From positions 29,290 through 93,289 of the forward strand of contig CAIKWD010000026.1 of NCBI GenBank assembly GCA_903831095.1: a stretch of 64,000 nt of DNA, written 5' to 3'. The notes under the pieces are model-generated. The model had not been told where the DNA came from, did not search any database, and worked only from the letters and a program-made list of their open reading frames with translations. The DNA comes from Candidatus Staskawiczbacteria bacterium. GTDB lineage: Bacteria; Patescibacteriota; Minisyncoccia; Minisyncoccales; Staskawiczbacteraceae. A program made the position numbers and the translations under genes. The number at the start of each line of letters is the position of its first letter. Position 1 is the first letter of the stretch. Shown here piece by piece: positions 39,583 to 47,505 of the stretch.

Positions 39583-39689
39583 AACCGCGACGAATAAAGA
39601 GTTCAGCGTAAATTGGGCCTAGATGTATTAGATTATAATCAGCCCAACTTCCGAAGCAATCTTGTTCGCCTCGCTCACAAGACCGTGTC
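39583..39689 (+). ncRNA. Repeated structured leader element, copy A (rplT 5' region)
   Basis: 81/84 nt identical to reverse complement of 47125-47208; hairpins aattgggc..gcccaa and tcttgt..acaaga; ends on GTG start. Confidence 0.75.
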
Positions 39690-40032
39690 ACGAGTAAAAA
39701 GATCAGTACAAGCCCGCAAGCACAGGAAAAACATTTTAAAGCATGCTAAGGGTTTTAGACAAGCAAGAAATTCTAAATTTAAAGCCGCTAAAGATGCCTT
39801 GAGGCATGCTTGGTCTTATGCATTTAGAGACAGGAGAGTGAAAAAGAGAACCTTCAGAAACCTCTGGAACTTACAAATTAATGCTTTGGCCAGGGAAAAC
39901 GGCATAACATACAGCAGGTTCATTGAAGGATTAAAAAAGCACAAGATAGAATTGGACAGAAAAGTTTTATCAGAATTGGCAAACACTTATCCAGAAGTAT
40001 TTATAAAAATAGTGGAAGAAGTAAAAAAATAA
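39685..40032 (+). CDS. rplT: 50S ribosomal protein L20 (GTG start at 39685)
   Basis: SRVKRS..ARK..K.ILK.AKGF, YAFRDR..KKR.FR.LW..QINA, LDRKVL. Confidence 0.96.
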   Translation: MSRVKRSVQARKHRKNILKHAKGFRQARNSKFKAAKDALRHAWSYAFRDRRVKKRTFRNLWNLQINALARENGITYSRFIEGLKKHKIELDRKVLSELANTYPEVFIKIVEEVKK

Positions 40033-40041
40033 TTACAATAA

Positions 40042-40076
40042 AAGAACCGCTCTCTAAAAGAGGCGGTTTTGTTTTA
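40042..40076. terminator. Terminator between rplT and NUDIX gene
   Basis: aaccgc.ctct-aaa-agaggcggtt followed by T tract. Confidence 0.7.
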
Positions 40077-40544
40077 TTATTTTAAAGCAAGCACAAAATC
40101 ATTTGCCTTTTCCAATAGTTTTTTTGAATTTTTGAACGTTGTTTTTTTAACAGCTTCGTTAATTGGGAGCCAAACAAATCCTATGTGTTCATCAGAAATT
40201 TTAACATCCTTTGTTTTAGTTTCTGCCAAGAAAAAAACTACTAATTTAAAAACCCAAGGCGCTTTTTTCTTTGCCTCCCCTTCCAAGCCATAGCTTTTTC
40301 TGAAAAAGTACTTCTCTAATTCCTTAAATCCAGATATTATATTTAAATCTAAAATACCAGTTTCTTCGGCAATTTCTCTTTTTGCTGTTTCAAGTTCTGT
40401 TTCTCCTTCCTCAACATGACCTTTGGCAAAACCCCACTGCCCCTTTTTACCTTCATTGGACGGTGTATAATGCAAAAGCAGATAGTAAGGTATGCTATTT
40501 TCCATTCTATATATTATAGCTCCAGCTGATTTTTCTTTAGGCAT
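40077..40544 (-). CDS. NUDIX hydrolase (Ap4A hydrolase-like)
   Basis: Nudix box KGHVEEGETELETAKREIAEETG; ISDEH. Confidence 0.92.
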   Translation of the reverse strand: MPKEKSAGAIIYRMENSIPYYLLLHYTPSNEGKKGQWGFAKGHVEEGETELETAKREIAEETGILDLNIISGFKELEKYFFRKSYGLEGEAKKKAPWVFKLVVFFLAETKTKDVKISDEHIGFVWLPINEAVKKTTFKNSKKLLEKANDFVLALK

Positions 40545-42287
40545 TTATTTAAAATAATCTAATAATTTTTCAACTGACAATGTATTTATTATATCTCCTT
40601 TTTCTGCCCATCCACGTCTGGCTTGCCCCACTCCATATTCCATAAAGCTTAGGTGCTCTTTTTGATGGCTATCTGTGTTAATAATCATTTTTATACCCTT
40701 TGCTTTTGCTCTCCTAATATTAAACCCATTTAAATCTAACCTTTTTGGAGTGGCATTAATTTCTAAAACAGTCCCAGTTTCTTTGGCAACTTCTAAAATC
40801 TTTTCAAAATCCATTTGATACTCTTCCCTCTCGTTAATAAGTCTACCCGTTGGATGAGAAATAATATCAACATTAGGATTCTGCATCGCTTTTACAATCC
40901 TGTCTGTCATTTCCTTTTGTCCCATTTTCATTGAAGAATGTACTCCAGCAATAACATAATCTAACTTTTCCAAAACTTCGTCCTTAATATCAATCGAGCC
41001 GTCATTTAAAATATTCGCCTCACATCCATGCAATATTATAAACTTAATTCCTTGCTTTTTTAATTTATTATTTATTTCTTCTATTATCTCATGTTGTTTC
41101 AAAAGTCCTTTTTCATCTAAACCATCATCAATTTTCAAAAATTTAGTATGGTCTGAAATCCCAATATACTCATATTCTAAATCTATGGCTTTTTGTGCTA
41201 TTTCTTCAATTAATTTTTCAGCATTATTTGAATGACGAGCTTCATCCGGCTTTGAATGGCAATGTAGATCACCCTTTATATCTTTTAACTCTACTAAAAT
41301 TGGTAAAAATCCATTTAAAGCAGCTTTTATTTCTCCGTCATCCTCACGCAGTTCTGGAGCTATATATGACAATCCAAGAACATTATAAACATCTTCTTCT
41401 GTCTTGCCAGCTATTTGTTTATTACCTTTGAAAATTCCATATTCAGAAAGCTTCAGACCTTTTGTAATGGCAATTTTTCTAGTGGCAATATTATGTTCTT
41501 TAGATCCTGTAAAATATTGAAGAGCCGAACCAAAACTTTCTTTCTTTACCATTCTCAAATCAACATCAAAACCCATTTTTAGCCTAACAGAGCATTTTGT
41601 TAGACCCTCGGCCCAAACTTTTTTAACTTCAGGCAAGTTAACAAAAAAATCAGCTGTTTTCTTGGAATTTTCCGATACAACCAAAATATCAATATCCCCT
41701 ATTGTTTCCTTTTGACGCCTAACTGAACCTGCCACGCTTATTTCTTTTATTTCTTTTTGTTTTTTTAAGCTGTTTATTATTTCCTTAACAGTTGGCATAA
41801 TATCTCCCAATAAAAATCTTCCTTTGTTCTGCTTTAGAAATTCCAAACCCTGCACAATATTCTTTTCTGTTTTTTCTCCAAAACCAAATAAAGGAGCTAT
41901 TTTATGTGCTTTAACGGCCTTAGTTAAATCTTTCAAATCCTTAATCCCCAATTTTTGATAAAGAGTTTTTATTTTCTTAGGGCCAATTCCTTCAACTTTC
42001 AGTAACTCGTCTACCTTCAAAGGGAGTTTATTTTTAAGATCTTCAAAATGCTTTATTCTCCCAGTTTTTAAATATTCTTCAATTCCTTTGGCTATTCCTT
42101 CTCCAACTCCCGGGATTTCTTCAAGCGCCTTTAATCCGCCATTTCTATATATCTCCGCTACATCTTCCTTGTAATTTTCCAATAAAAGAGCTACTTTCCT
42201 ATATGCATAAGGTTTAAAACTAACTCCATCTATTTCCAAATAGTCTGCTATTTCAAAAAATATTTTAGCTAATTCCTGATTCTTCAT
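40545..42287 (-). CDS. polX: DNA polymerase X / PHP 3'-5' exonuclease
   Basis: AYRK, HhH GVG, GSVRR.KETIGDID, FTGSKEHN, GDLHCH, SDH, DSH. Confidence 0.95.
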   Translation of the reverse strand: MKNQELAKIFFEIADYLEIDGVSFKPYAYRKVALLLENYKEDVAEIYRNGGLKALEEIPGVGEGIAKGIEEYLKTGRIKHFEDLKNKLPLKVDELLKVEGIGPKKIKTLYQKLGIKDLKDLTKAVKAHKIAPLFGFGEKTEKNIVQGLEFLKQNKGRFLLGDIMPTVKEIINSLKKQKEIKEISVAGSVRRQKETIGDIDILVVSENSKKTADFFVNLPEVKKVWAEGLTKCSVRLKMGFDVDLRMVKKESFGSALQYFTGSKEHNIATRKIAITKGLKLSEYGIFKGNKQIAGKTEEDVYNVLGLSYIAPELREDDGEIKAALNGFLPILVELKDIKGDLHCHSKPDEARHSNNAEKLIEEIAQKAIDLEYEYIGISDHTKFLKIDDGLDEKGLLKQHEIIEEINNKLKKQGIKFIILHGCEANILNDGSIDIKDEVLEKLDYVIAGVHSSMKMGQKEMTDRIVKAMQNPNVDIISHPTGRLINEREEYQMDFEKILEVAKETGTVLEINATPKRLDLNGFNIRRAKAKGIKMIINTDSHQKEHLSFMEYGVGQARRGWAEKGDIINTLSVEKLLDYFK

Positions 42288-42294
42288 AAAATAA

Positions 42295-42939
42295 TTACGG
42301 CTCAACAACTGGCTTTTCTCCAGAGAAAGTAGCCTTGTGCCTATTTCTAGAAAAAATATTATTTTTAACGAACAAAAATATGAATGCGGATAAAAAAGTA
42401 AAAATACTCACAATTATAAAAAGATTTTCAAATCCGATTTCTTTTACCAATAACCCGCTTAATCCACCAGCTATTCCAGCTCCAGTTCCAATGGCAGTAG
42501 TTTCTAAACTCCATTCAAATGCTTCTCTACCTTTATCTATGTGACGCGTAAATATTGCCAGCCATGACGGGAGAGCCATTGCCATACCAGCTGCATAAAC
42601 TACCTGTAAAATATATATGTGCAATGGCATAGTTGAATAAATATATCCTACAGGTACTAAAGATATAATTAACATTCCTACAAACATAAACCAAAAATCG
42701 TCTTTTTCACCGTGGTTCTTGTCTAAATAAATTGCTACTGGTATTTCAAAAAAAGATTTTGGTATCCAGTAAAAAAGAGCTGCCAAACCTGCTATTTCAG
42801 CAACCTGAACAGCACCAGTATTGGAAATTTTCTGCAATATGAAAATAGCAAATATTGGTGACAAAAGACCCCATCCTAAATTCAAAAACAAATCACTTAT
42901 CACTAATGTTTTTATGACTTTGTTTATAAGTTTTGCCAT
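42295..42939 (-). CDS. Half-size (6-TM) MFS-like transporter
   Basis: Six TM helices, P.A..LD..G motif-A-like. Confidence 0.75.
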   Translation of the reverse strand: MAKLINKVIKTLVISDLFLNLGWGLLSPIFAIFILQKISNTGAVQVAEIAGLAALFYWIPKSFFEIPVAIYLDKNHGEKDDFWFMFVGMLIISLVPVGYIYSTMPLHIYILQVVYAAGMAMALPSWLAIFTRHIDKGREAFEWSLETTAIGTGAGIAGGLSGLLVKEIGFENLFIIVSIFTFLSAFIFLFVKNNIFSRNRHKATFSGEKPVVEP

Positions 42940-43003
42940 ATTTTCTAATAAAATTAATTACCAATTTATTCATATATTATAGATACAGGAGAAACAAAAG
43001 TAA

Positions 43004-43032
43004 ACCCCGTTAGAAAATATTTCTAACGGGGT
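43004..43032. repeat. Perfect 13-bp intergenic inverted repeat flanked by GTAAAC direct repeats
   Basis: accccgttagaaa-ata-tttctaacggggt. Confidence 0.8.
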
Positions 43033-43079
43033 AAACAAAAACAGCCCTTTTAAAAGCTGTTCATTGAAGCTTTTAAATA

Positions 43080-43184
43080 CTATCCCCAGTGGGAAATACC
43101 ATTAATTCTTCTTGCAACCAAAATTATTGTGCTTATCCCAAAAATTACCAAGCTTATTCTAGCTAAAATATCCAAAAAAATCAT
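43080..43184 (-). pseudogene. 34-aa hydrophobic ORF, probable truncated membrane-protein remnant
   Basis: MIFLDILARISLVIFGISTIILVARRINGISHWG*, starts 1 nt after HD gene stop. Confidence 0.4.
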
Positions 43185-43185
43185 A

Positions 43186-43815
43186 CTATTTTCCTTTATA
43201 AAATTCTTTACTAATATTTTCTATAAACTCAAGCAAAATAGGATCATCATGAAGTTCGTGAGCTCTTATCCAAAAGGAATCCAACGGAGGTTTTTTATAT
43301 GCTCTCCAATATTCAGCAGCCTGCAAAAAACTTTCAATTTTGTCTACATGCTTAAAAAACTTTCCTTCAGGACTGGACTCATTTTCACATTCTAACCAAA
43401 GGCTTCGCATTTCAGATTTCATCTTTGGAGATAAACTACTTATTATTCTTTCCAAGCCTTCGCTCTCTCTATTATACTTTTCCTTTGCTAATCTAATTTT
43501 TTCTTTTGCAGAAAATCTTGGCCATGTTTTCAAAAGCTCCTGTCTTTTCTTTTTGTCCTTTGGCAAAATTGAATCATATGGTGTTGAATCTCCAGCATAA
43601 ACTTCGCATATGTCATGGACCAAAGCAATTTTCAAAAGCTTTTCCAAATTAAGCTTCTTGTGTTTTTTGCTGGCCAAAACCCAAGCCATCATTGCTGACC
43701 TAAATGTATGCTCGGCTATACTTTCAGGATTTTTTATATCCCTAATAACCCAGCCACGCCTTGGCATGCCTTTTAATTTTCCTACTTCTGATAAAAATTT
43801 GATTATTTCTTTCAT
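43186..43815 (-). CDS. HD domain hydrolase (YfbR/HDDC2-like)
   Basis: LK..PRRGW, ESIAEH, HDICE..AGD, DKIE. Confidence 0.9.
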   Translation of the reverse strand: MKEIIKFLSEVGKLKGMPRRGWVIRDIKNPESIAEHTFRSAMMAWVLASKKHKKLNLEKLLKIALVHDICEVYAGDSTPYDSILPKDKKKRQELLKTWPRFSAKEKIRLAKEKYNRESEGLERIISSLSPKMKSEMRSLWLECENESSPEGKFFKHVDKIESFLQAAEYWRAYKKPPLDSFWIRAHELHDDPILLEFIENISKEFYKGK

Positions 43816-43897
43816 ACTTGTTTCTTATAACTTTACTTTCTAACAAAGAAAATATTTAGTCAAGCAAAAAGAGCAAAAAATTGCTCTTCTTGAGTTT

Positions 43898-44374
43898 CTA
43901 ACTGACTTCGTACTTTATATTTTTTATTTTGTAGGTTATTTTTATTGGAGAAGAAACAACAACTGCGTCTCCGACCTTGTGCCCTAACAAAGCTTTGCCA
44001 ACAGGCGATTCATTGCTTATCTTTCCCAATGCTGGATTAGCTTCCAAGGTACCCATAATTACAAATTCATCTTTTTGCCCGTCTACAGATATTAAAACTT
44101 TAGCTCCAAGCCCAATAACACCTTTTTGATCTTTAGGTGGATTTTTAATAAGCTGATGACGGTCGATAATATTTTTTAATTCATCAATTCTAGACCTTAA
44201 AAAACCGACATCCTCCTGGAAACTTACAAATTCCGGATTCAAATCTTCAGATTCCAAAATTTTTGGGGCCTCTTGGTCCAAGGATTTCTTGTGCTCTAAA
44301 CTTACAAGATCTTCATACTCTTTTTTTATTTCCTTAAGTTTGCCCTTTGTTATGTAAAAAGTTTTTCCGTCCAT
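43898..44374 (-). CDS. greA: GreA/GreB family transcription elongation factor
   Basis: YIT......., DLNPEF, EANPALGKISNESPVGKALLG; start reassigned to ATG 44374. Confidence 0.85.
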   Translation of the reverse strand: MDGKTFYITKGKLKEIKKEYEDLVSLEHKKSLDQEAPKILESEDLNPEFVSFQEDVGFLRSRIDELKNIIDRHQLIKNPPKDQKGVIGLGAKVLISVDGQKDEFVIMGTLEANPALGKISNESPVGKALLGHKVGDAVVVSSPIKITYKIKNIKYEVS

Positions 44375-44447
44375 TTTTATTACTTTAATTATATGGCTTT
44401 TCCATTTCTGTGGGTAATTAGAATAATATTCCTCTATGCCCAAAATG

Positions 44448-45686
44448 TCAATCCTTTTTTGAAAATATCTTAATTTTCCCATATACGCCGTCATATCCTG
44501 GTTCGACAAAAACCTTGCCCTCCCTCATTTTTATCACTCCCTTGGCAATTTTTGACAAAGAATTTACTTTTATTTCCTCTTCTGTGGCCTCTAGAAGTAT
44601 TTTAATTTCCGAACCTAAATTATCTATTAATTTATTATAATATTTTAATACCTCCTTGGAAAGTGCAGAAACTCCTATTGATTCTGCAATTATCTCATTA
44701 AGTGGAATCAGACTCTTAAATGGAACTACATTTTTAGGAACAAACCCCTCTGGTCTATCGGCTAATTCTTCAACTCTGTTTAAAACTCCAATAACTAAGG
44801 GCTTTTTGCACTTTGGACAAATATTGTTGTATTTTTTTGACTGCTGAGGTTTCAAACTTAATTTACAAGATTTATGTCCATCATAATGATATTTGCCACC
44901 TTCAGGAAAAAATTCTATTGTACACAAAAATTTCTTATTATTTTTATTTTTTACAACATCCATGATACCTTTATAACTTAGTTCTGTATCAAAAACATTG
45001 GCTTCTCTACCAATTTTAGAAAGCGAATGGGCATCACTGTTTGAAACCAAATTAATTTTATCCAACTTTGACAGTCTCCAATTCATAGCCGGGTCAGAAC
45101 ATAATCCTGTTTCAATTGCATAAATATTTTTTGTCTGTTCCTCAAAGCATTCCTCCAAAGAATCAAACCCAGATTTTGACCCAAAAATAGCAAACCATGG
45201 CGTCCAAACGTGAGCTGGAATTATTAAGCAATTTTTATCTGCCTTTATAATAATCTTTACTAATTCTTTAGCGTCTAAACCTAAAATTGGCCGGCCATCT
45301 GCTTTTAGATTCCCTATCTGACCTAATCTTTTATTTATTTTTTCTACAGTATTTATAGAGGGTGCTAAAACAATAATATGAATCTTTCTAACTTTGCCTC
45401 CCCCGCCTTGACTCGACGAGGCAGGCTTAGAATAAATACAGCTTATTTCAGAACTTAAAACAAATCTAGTGCCAATATCAGATCCCTTCAGCTTAAAAAG
45501 GCCCCATTCTGCGGGGCGCAATTTACTTTTTATTTCCTTTAGCCATTTGGGGTGTGTAAAATCTCCAGTACCCAAAACATCAATTCCTTTTATTTTCGCC
45601 CACTTATCTAAATTAACCAAATTCATTAAGGGCGAAACTGCCCTGGAATATTTTGAGTGAATGTGAAAATCAGCTGTAAACTTCAT
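44448..45686 (-). CDS. Endonuclease Q family (PHP) protein
   Basis: ADFHIHSKYSRA, GTGDFTHP, PAHVWTPW, SNSDAHS, GKYH..GH..C, CP.C, PGYDGVYG. Confidence 0.9.
   Translation of the reverse strand: MKFTADFHIHSKYSRAVSPLMNLVNLDKWAKIKGIDVLGTGDFTHPKWLKEIKSKLRPAEWGLFKLKGSDIGTRFVLSSEISCIYSKPASSSQGGGGKVRKIHIIVLAPSINTVEKINKRLGQIGNLKADGRPILGLDAKELVKIIIKADKNCLIIPAHVWTPWFAIFGSKSGFDSLEECFEEQTKNIYAIETGLCSDPAMNWRLSKLDKINLVSNSDAHSLSKIGREANVFDTELSYKGIMDVVKNKNNKKFLCTIEFFPEGGKYHYDGHKSCKLSLKPQQSKKYNNICPKCKKPLVIGVLNRVEELADRPEGFVPKNVVPFKSLIPLNEIIAESIGVSALSKEVLKYYNKLIDNLGSEIKILLEATEEEIKVNSLSKIAKGVIKMREGKVFVEPGYDGVYGKIKIFSKKD
45402..45425. repeat. In-frame 24-nt hairpin insert in endoQ
   Basis: Coding strand cctgcctcgtcgagtcaaggcggg = PASSSQGG inside YSK^GGKVRKIH. 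Confidence 0.7.
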
Positions 45687-45689
45687 CTT

Positions 45690-46655
45690 TTAAATAAGCC
45701 CTCCTTGATAATTTAACTTATAAATACTCTTTTCATGCACAGATATTTCCTCCTGCCCAAAAAATTCATCCAAATTACCCTGGCCTTTGTCGCTATACAC
45801 CAGCTCTCTCTTTTCATATTTACATTCTCCACCAAACCTGCATTTTTCCGCCAACTTGAAAAGTGATTCCTTCAAAAATTCCGTTTCCAATTTCCCAAGT
45901 TTTTTTCCAACGTAATTCATGCCCCAAATTGGCTTTGACTCAAGATAAATTATTTCCTGACCCATGCGTTTTTCATCTCCAGAAAAATAAACATCTCGAT
46001 AAAAATAATCGCCCTTCTGAAACTCAAACTCATAAGATGCCAAAAGTCTTTGGTTTCCAATACTGGAAGCTCCAGAGGCATAGGTATTTCTACGAGCCTC
46101 GCATAGAAATTCTTTCAAGCTAGATAAATTTATAGATTTTTTTTCATATTCGTTTTCTCCAAAATCAAACTTCCCGCCTTTCTCCAGAGAATCCAATATA
46201 AATTTTCCCAATCCTTTTGTAAGTACAACAAATTTGGAATATTCATTTTTGTTCTTTGTATCTAGTGGAACACCAAATTCCAACATTTTTTCGCCACCTT
46301 CAGATTGCACAATTTTTGCAGTATCTTTAAGGTGCAAAGATGGAACAAGCCATATAGAATCACTTATCTTTTGCCTTATTTCATCAAAATAAACAAACAG
46401 CAAGTAAAAATTTTTATCCGCTTTAAATTTATCCTTTAAAAAATCTTTTATAAAAGTTTCACCTTCAACAGGCCCAACAAGGCTGTTAATCTGAAAATAA
46501 ACTGCTCCTTCCTTGTAATTTCCCCTTCTTTCCACAGCCAAATCAGCGCCAAATTTATTTTTTTCTGGCTTTACAATAATCAACCGTCCATTAACCCCAG
46601 CATTTATACAGTCAATAACCTTGTCTTCAATTTCTTCTTGTATGTTGCTTGTCAT
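45690..46655 (-). CDS. PD-(D/E)XK-like N-domain fused to DUF5680-like C-domain
   Basis: GADLAVE..YFQI..IWLVPS; C-term A...TYA, Y.YRD.Y, GQE, PIWGMNY, F.G.E.I, Y.GGLI. Confidence 0.65.
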   Translation of the reverse strand: MTSNIQEEIEDKVIDCINAGVNGRLIIVKPEKNKFGADLAVERRGNYKEGAVYFQINSLVGPVEGETFIKDFLKDKFKADKNFYLLFVYFDEIRQKISDSIWLVPSLHLKDTAKIVQSEGGEKMLEFGVPLDTKNKNEYSKFVVLTKGLGKFILDSLEKGGKFDFGENEYEKKSINLSSLKEFLCEARRNTYASGASSIGNQRLLASYEFEFQKGDYFYRDVYFSGDEKRMGQEIIYLESKPIWGMNYVGKKLGKLETEFLKESLFKLAEKCRFGGECKYEKRELVYSDKGQGNLDEFFGQEEISVHEKSIYKLNYQGGLI

Positions 46656-47129
46656 TTAAGCTTTGTAGACTTTATATCCTTCGTGAACTTTCTTTTCAAT
46701 TTTCATACCTACAGAATCTCCTTTTTTAGCTGAAGCAACTTCCACATGTTCAATTTGCATTGATTTTACTTTCTGCTCAAAATCTGTATCTTGCCCGCCA
46801 ACTACCCTAATTATTTCCCCGTCTTTCAGCGGAGCTTCCAACTCAATAACTGCTACCTCAATATTTGAAAAATAATGAGTTATTCGGCCAATTATTTTAC
46901 CCTCTGGCTCTACCTTGGGCATTATAGATTTTGACGCAATCTTTTTAACTGCTTTTTTGACTGCTTTTTTAGTAGCCTTTTTTACAGTTTTTTTAACTGC
47001 CTTCTTAGTTGTTTTTTTGACTGCCTTTTTTATAATTTTTTTCTTCTTAGAAACTACTTTCTTTCCCGATTTCTTCGAGGATCCTCGACTGCTTTGCAGT
47101 CGGGACTTTTTTGCTTTTGCTTTGGACAC
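46656..47129 (-). CDS. Lys/Ala-rich histone-H1-like N-terminus fused to translation-factor-like beta-barrel
   Basis: KKAVKK repeats; IG.ITHYF.NIEVA, L.DGE.I, F.Q.V.SMQIEH, A.KGD.VG.K, V.EG..VYK; GTG start. Confidence 0.8.
   Translation of the reverse strand: MSKAKAKKSRLQSSRGSSKKSGKKVVSKKKKIIKKAVKKTTKKAVKKTVKKATKKAVKKAVKKIASKSIMPKVEPEGKIIGRITHYFSNIEVAVIELEAPLKDGEIIRVVGGQDTDFEQKVKSMQIEHVEVASAKKGDSVGMKIEKKVHEGYKVYKA
46941..47030 (-). repeat. Degenerate 12-nt coding tandem repeat (KKAV/KKTT units)
   Basis: Repeated tttttaactgc/tttttgactgc units. Confidence 0.75.
47064..47105. repeat. In-frame GGATCC-centred double-hairpin palindrome (42 nt)
   Basis: tcccgatttcttcgagga+tcctcgactgctttgcagtcggga; encodes SRLQSSRGSSKKSG; same subtype as ybeY copy. 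Confidence 0.85.
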
Positions 47130-47233
47130 GGTCTTGTGAGCGAGGCGAACAAGATTGCTTCGGAAATTGGGCTAATTATAATCTTATACATCTAGGCCCA
47201 ATTTACGCGGAAATACTTTGTTCTGTCGCGGTT
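47125..47233 (-). ncRNA. Repeated structured leader element, copy B
   Basis: Reverse complement matches 39583-39689; ends on GTG start of 46656-47129. Confidence 0.75.
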
Positions 47234-47268
47234 ATTTACTTAATAATTTGTACATATGACCTTTGCCT

Positions 47269-47403
47269 TTATATTATCACTATACGAAAATTTTTCAAAC
47301 AAAAACCGCCTTCGTAAGAAGCCGGGCTTTGAAGAGGGGGATAATAATTTACAGCGATCTCGGTGAACTTCTCGAGCTGAATTCGGACAATGAATCCAGA
47401 CAT
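47269..47403 (-). pseudogene. 44-aa micro-ORF or islet remnant
   Basis: TTGACT-16-TACAAT promoter (47474-47501), SD AAGGAGG, ATG 47403; ORF reads through hairpin terminator at 47301-47325. Confidence 0.45.
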
Positions 47404-47505
47404 ATAATTTTTCCTCCTTCGCTAAAAGTTATTATGTCCTTAAGATAAATCTCGCACCCCCTCATAACTGCCATTGTATTCTAAAACCCGTATAAGTCAA
47501 GATAA

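Noticed and set aside
39613-39684. 24-aa N-terminal extension of L20 from TTG 39613
   Set aside because: It lies in the repeated leader; copy B has a stop in this frame, and L20 homology begins at GTG 39685.
39583-39689. Leader element as a known ribozyme, SRP RNA, T-box or tRNA
   Set aside because: No hammerhead CUGAnGA/GAAA, SRP GGAAG/AGCAG loop, T-box UGGnACC or cloverleaf motifs seen by eye.
44375-44509. Long N-terminal extensions in the ORF track (greA; likewise ruvA, holA, polX, histidine phosphatase, 49814 ORF)
   Set aside because: They overlap neighbouring genes or promoters; downstream ATGs match family N-termini.
46941-47030. Possible CRISPR or non-coding tandem array
   Set aside because: Short degenerate 12-nt units encoding KKAV repeats; no spacers or cas genes.
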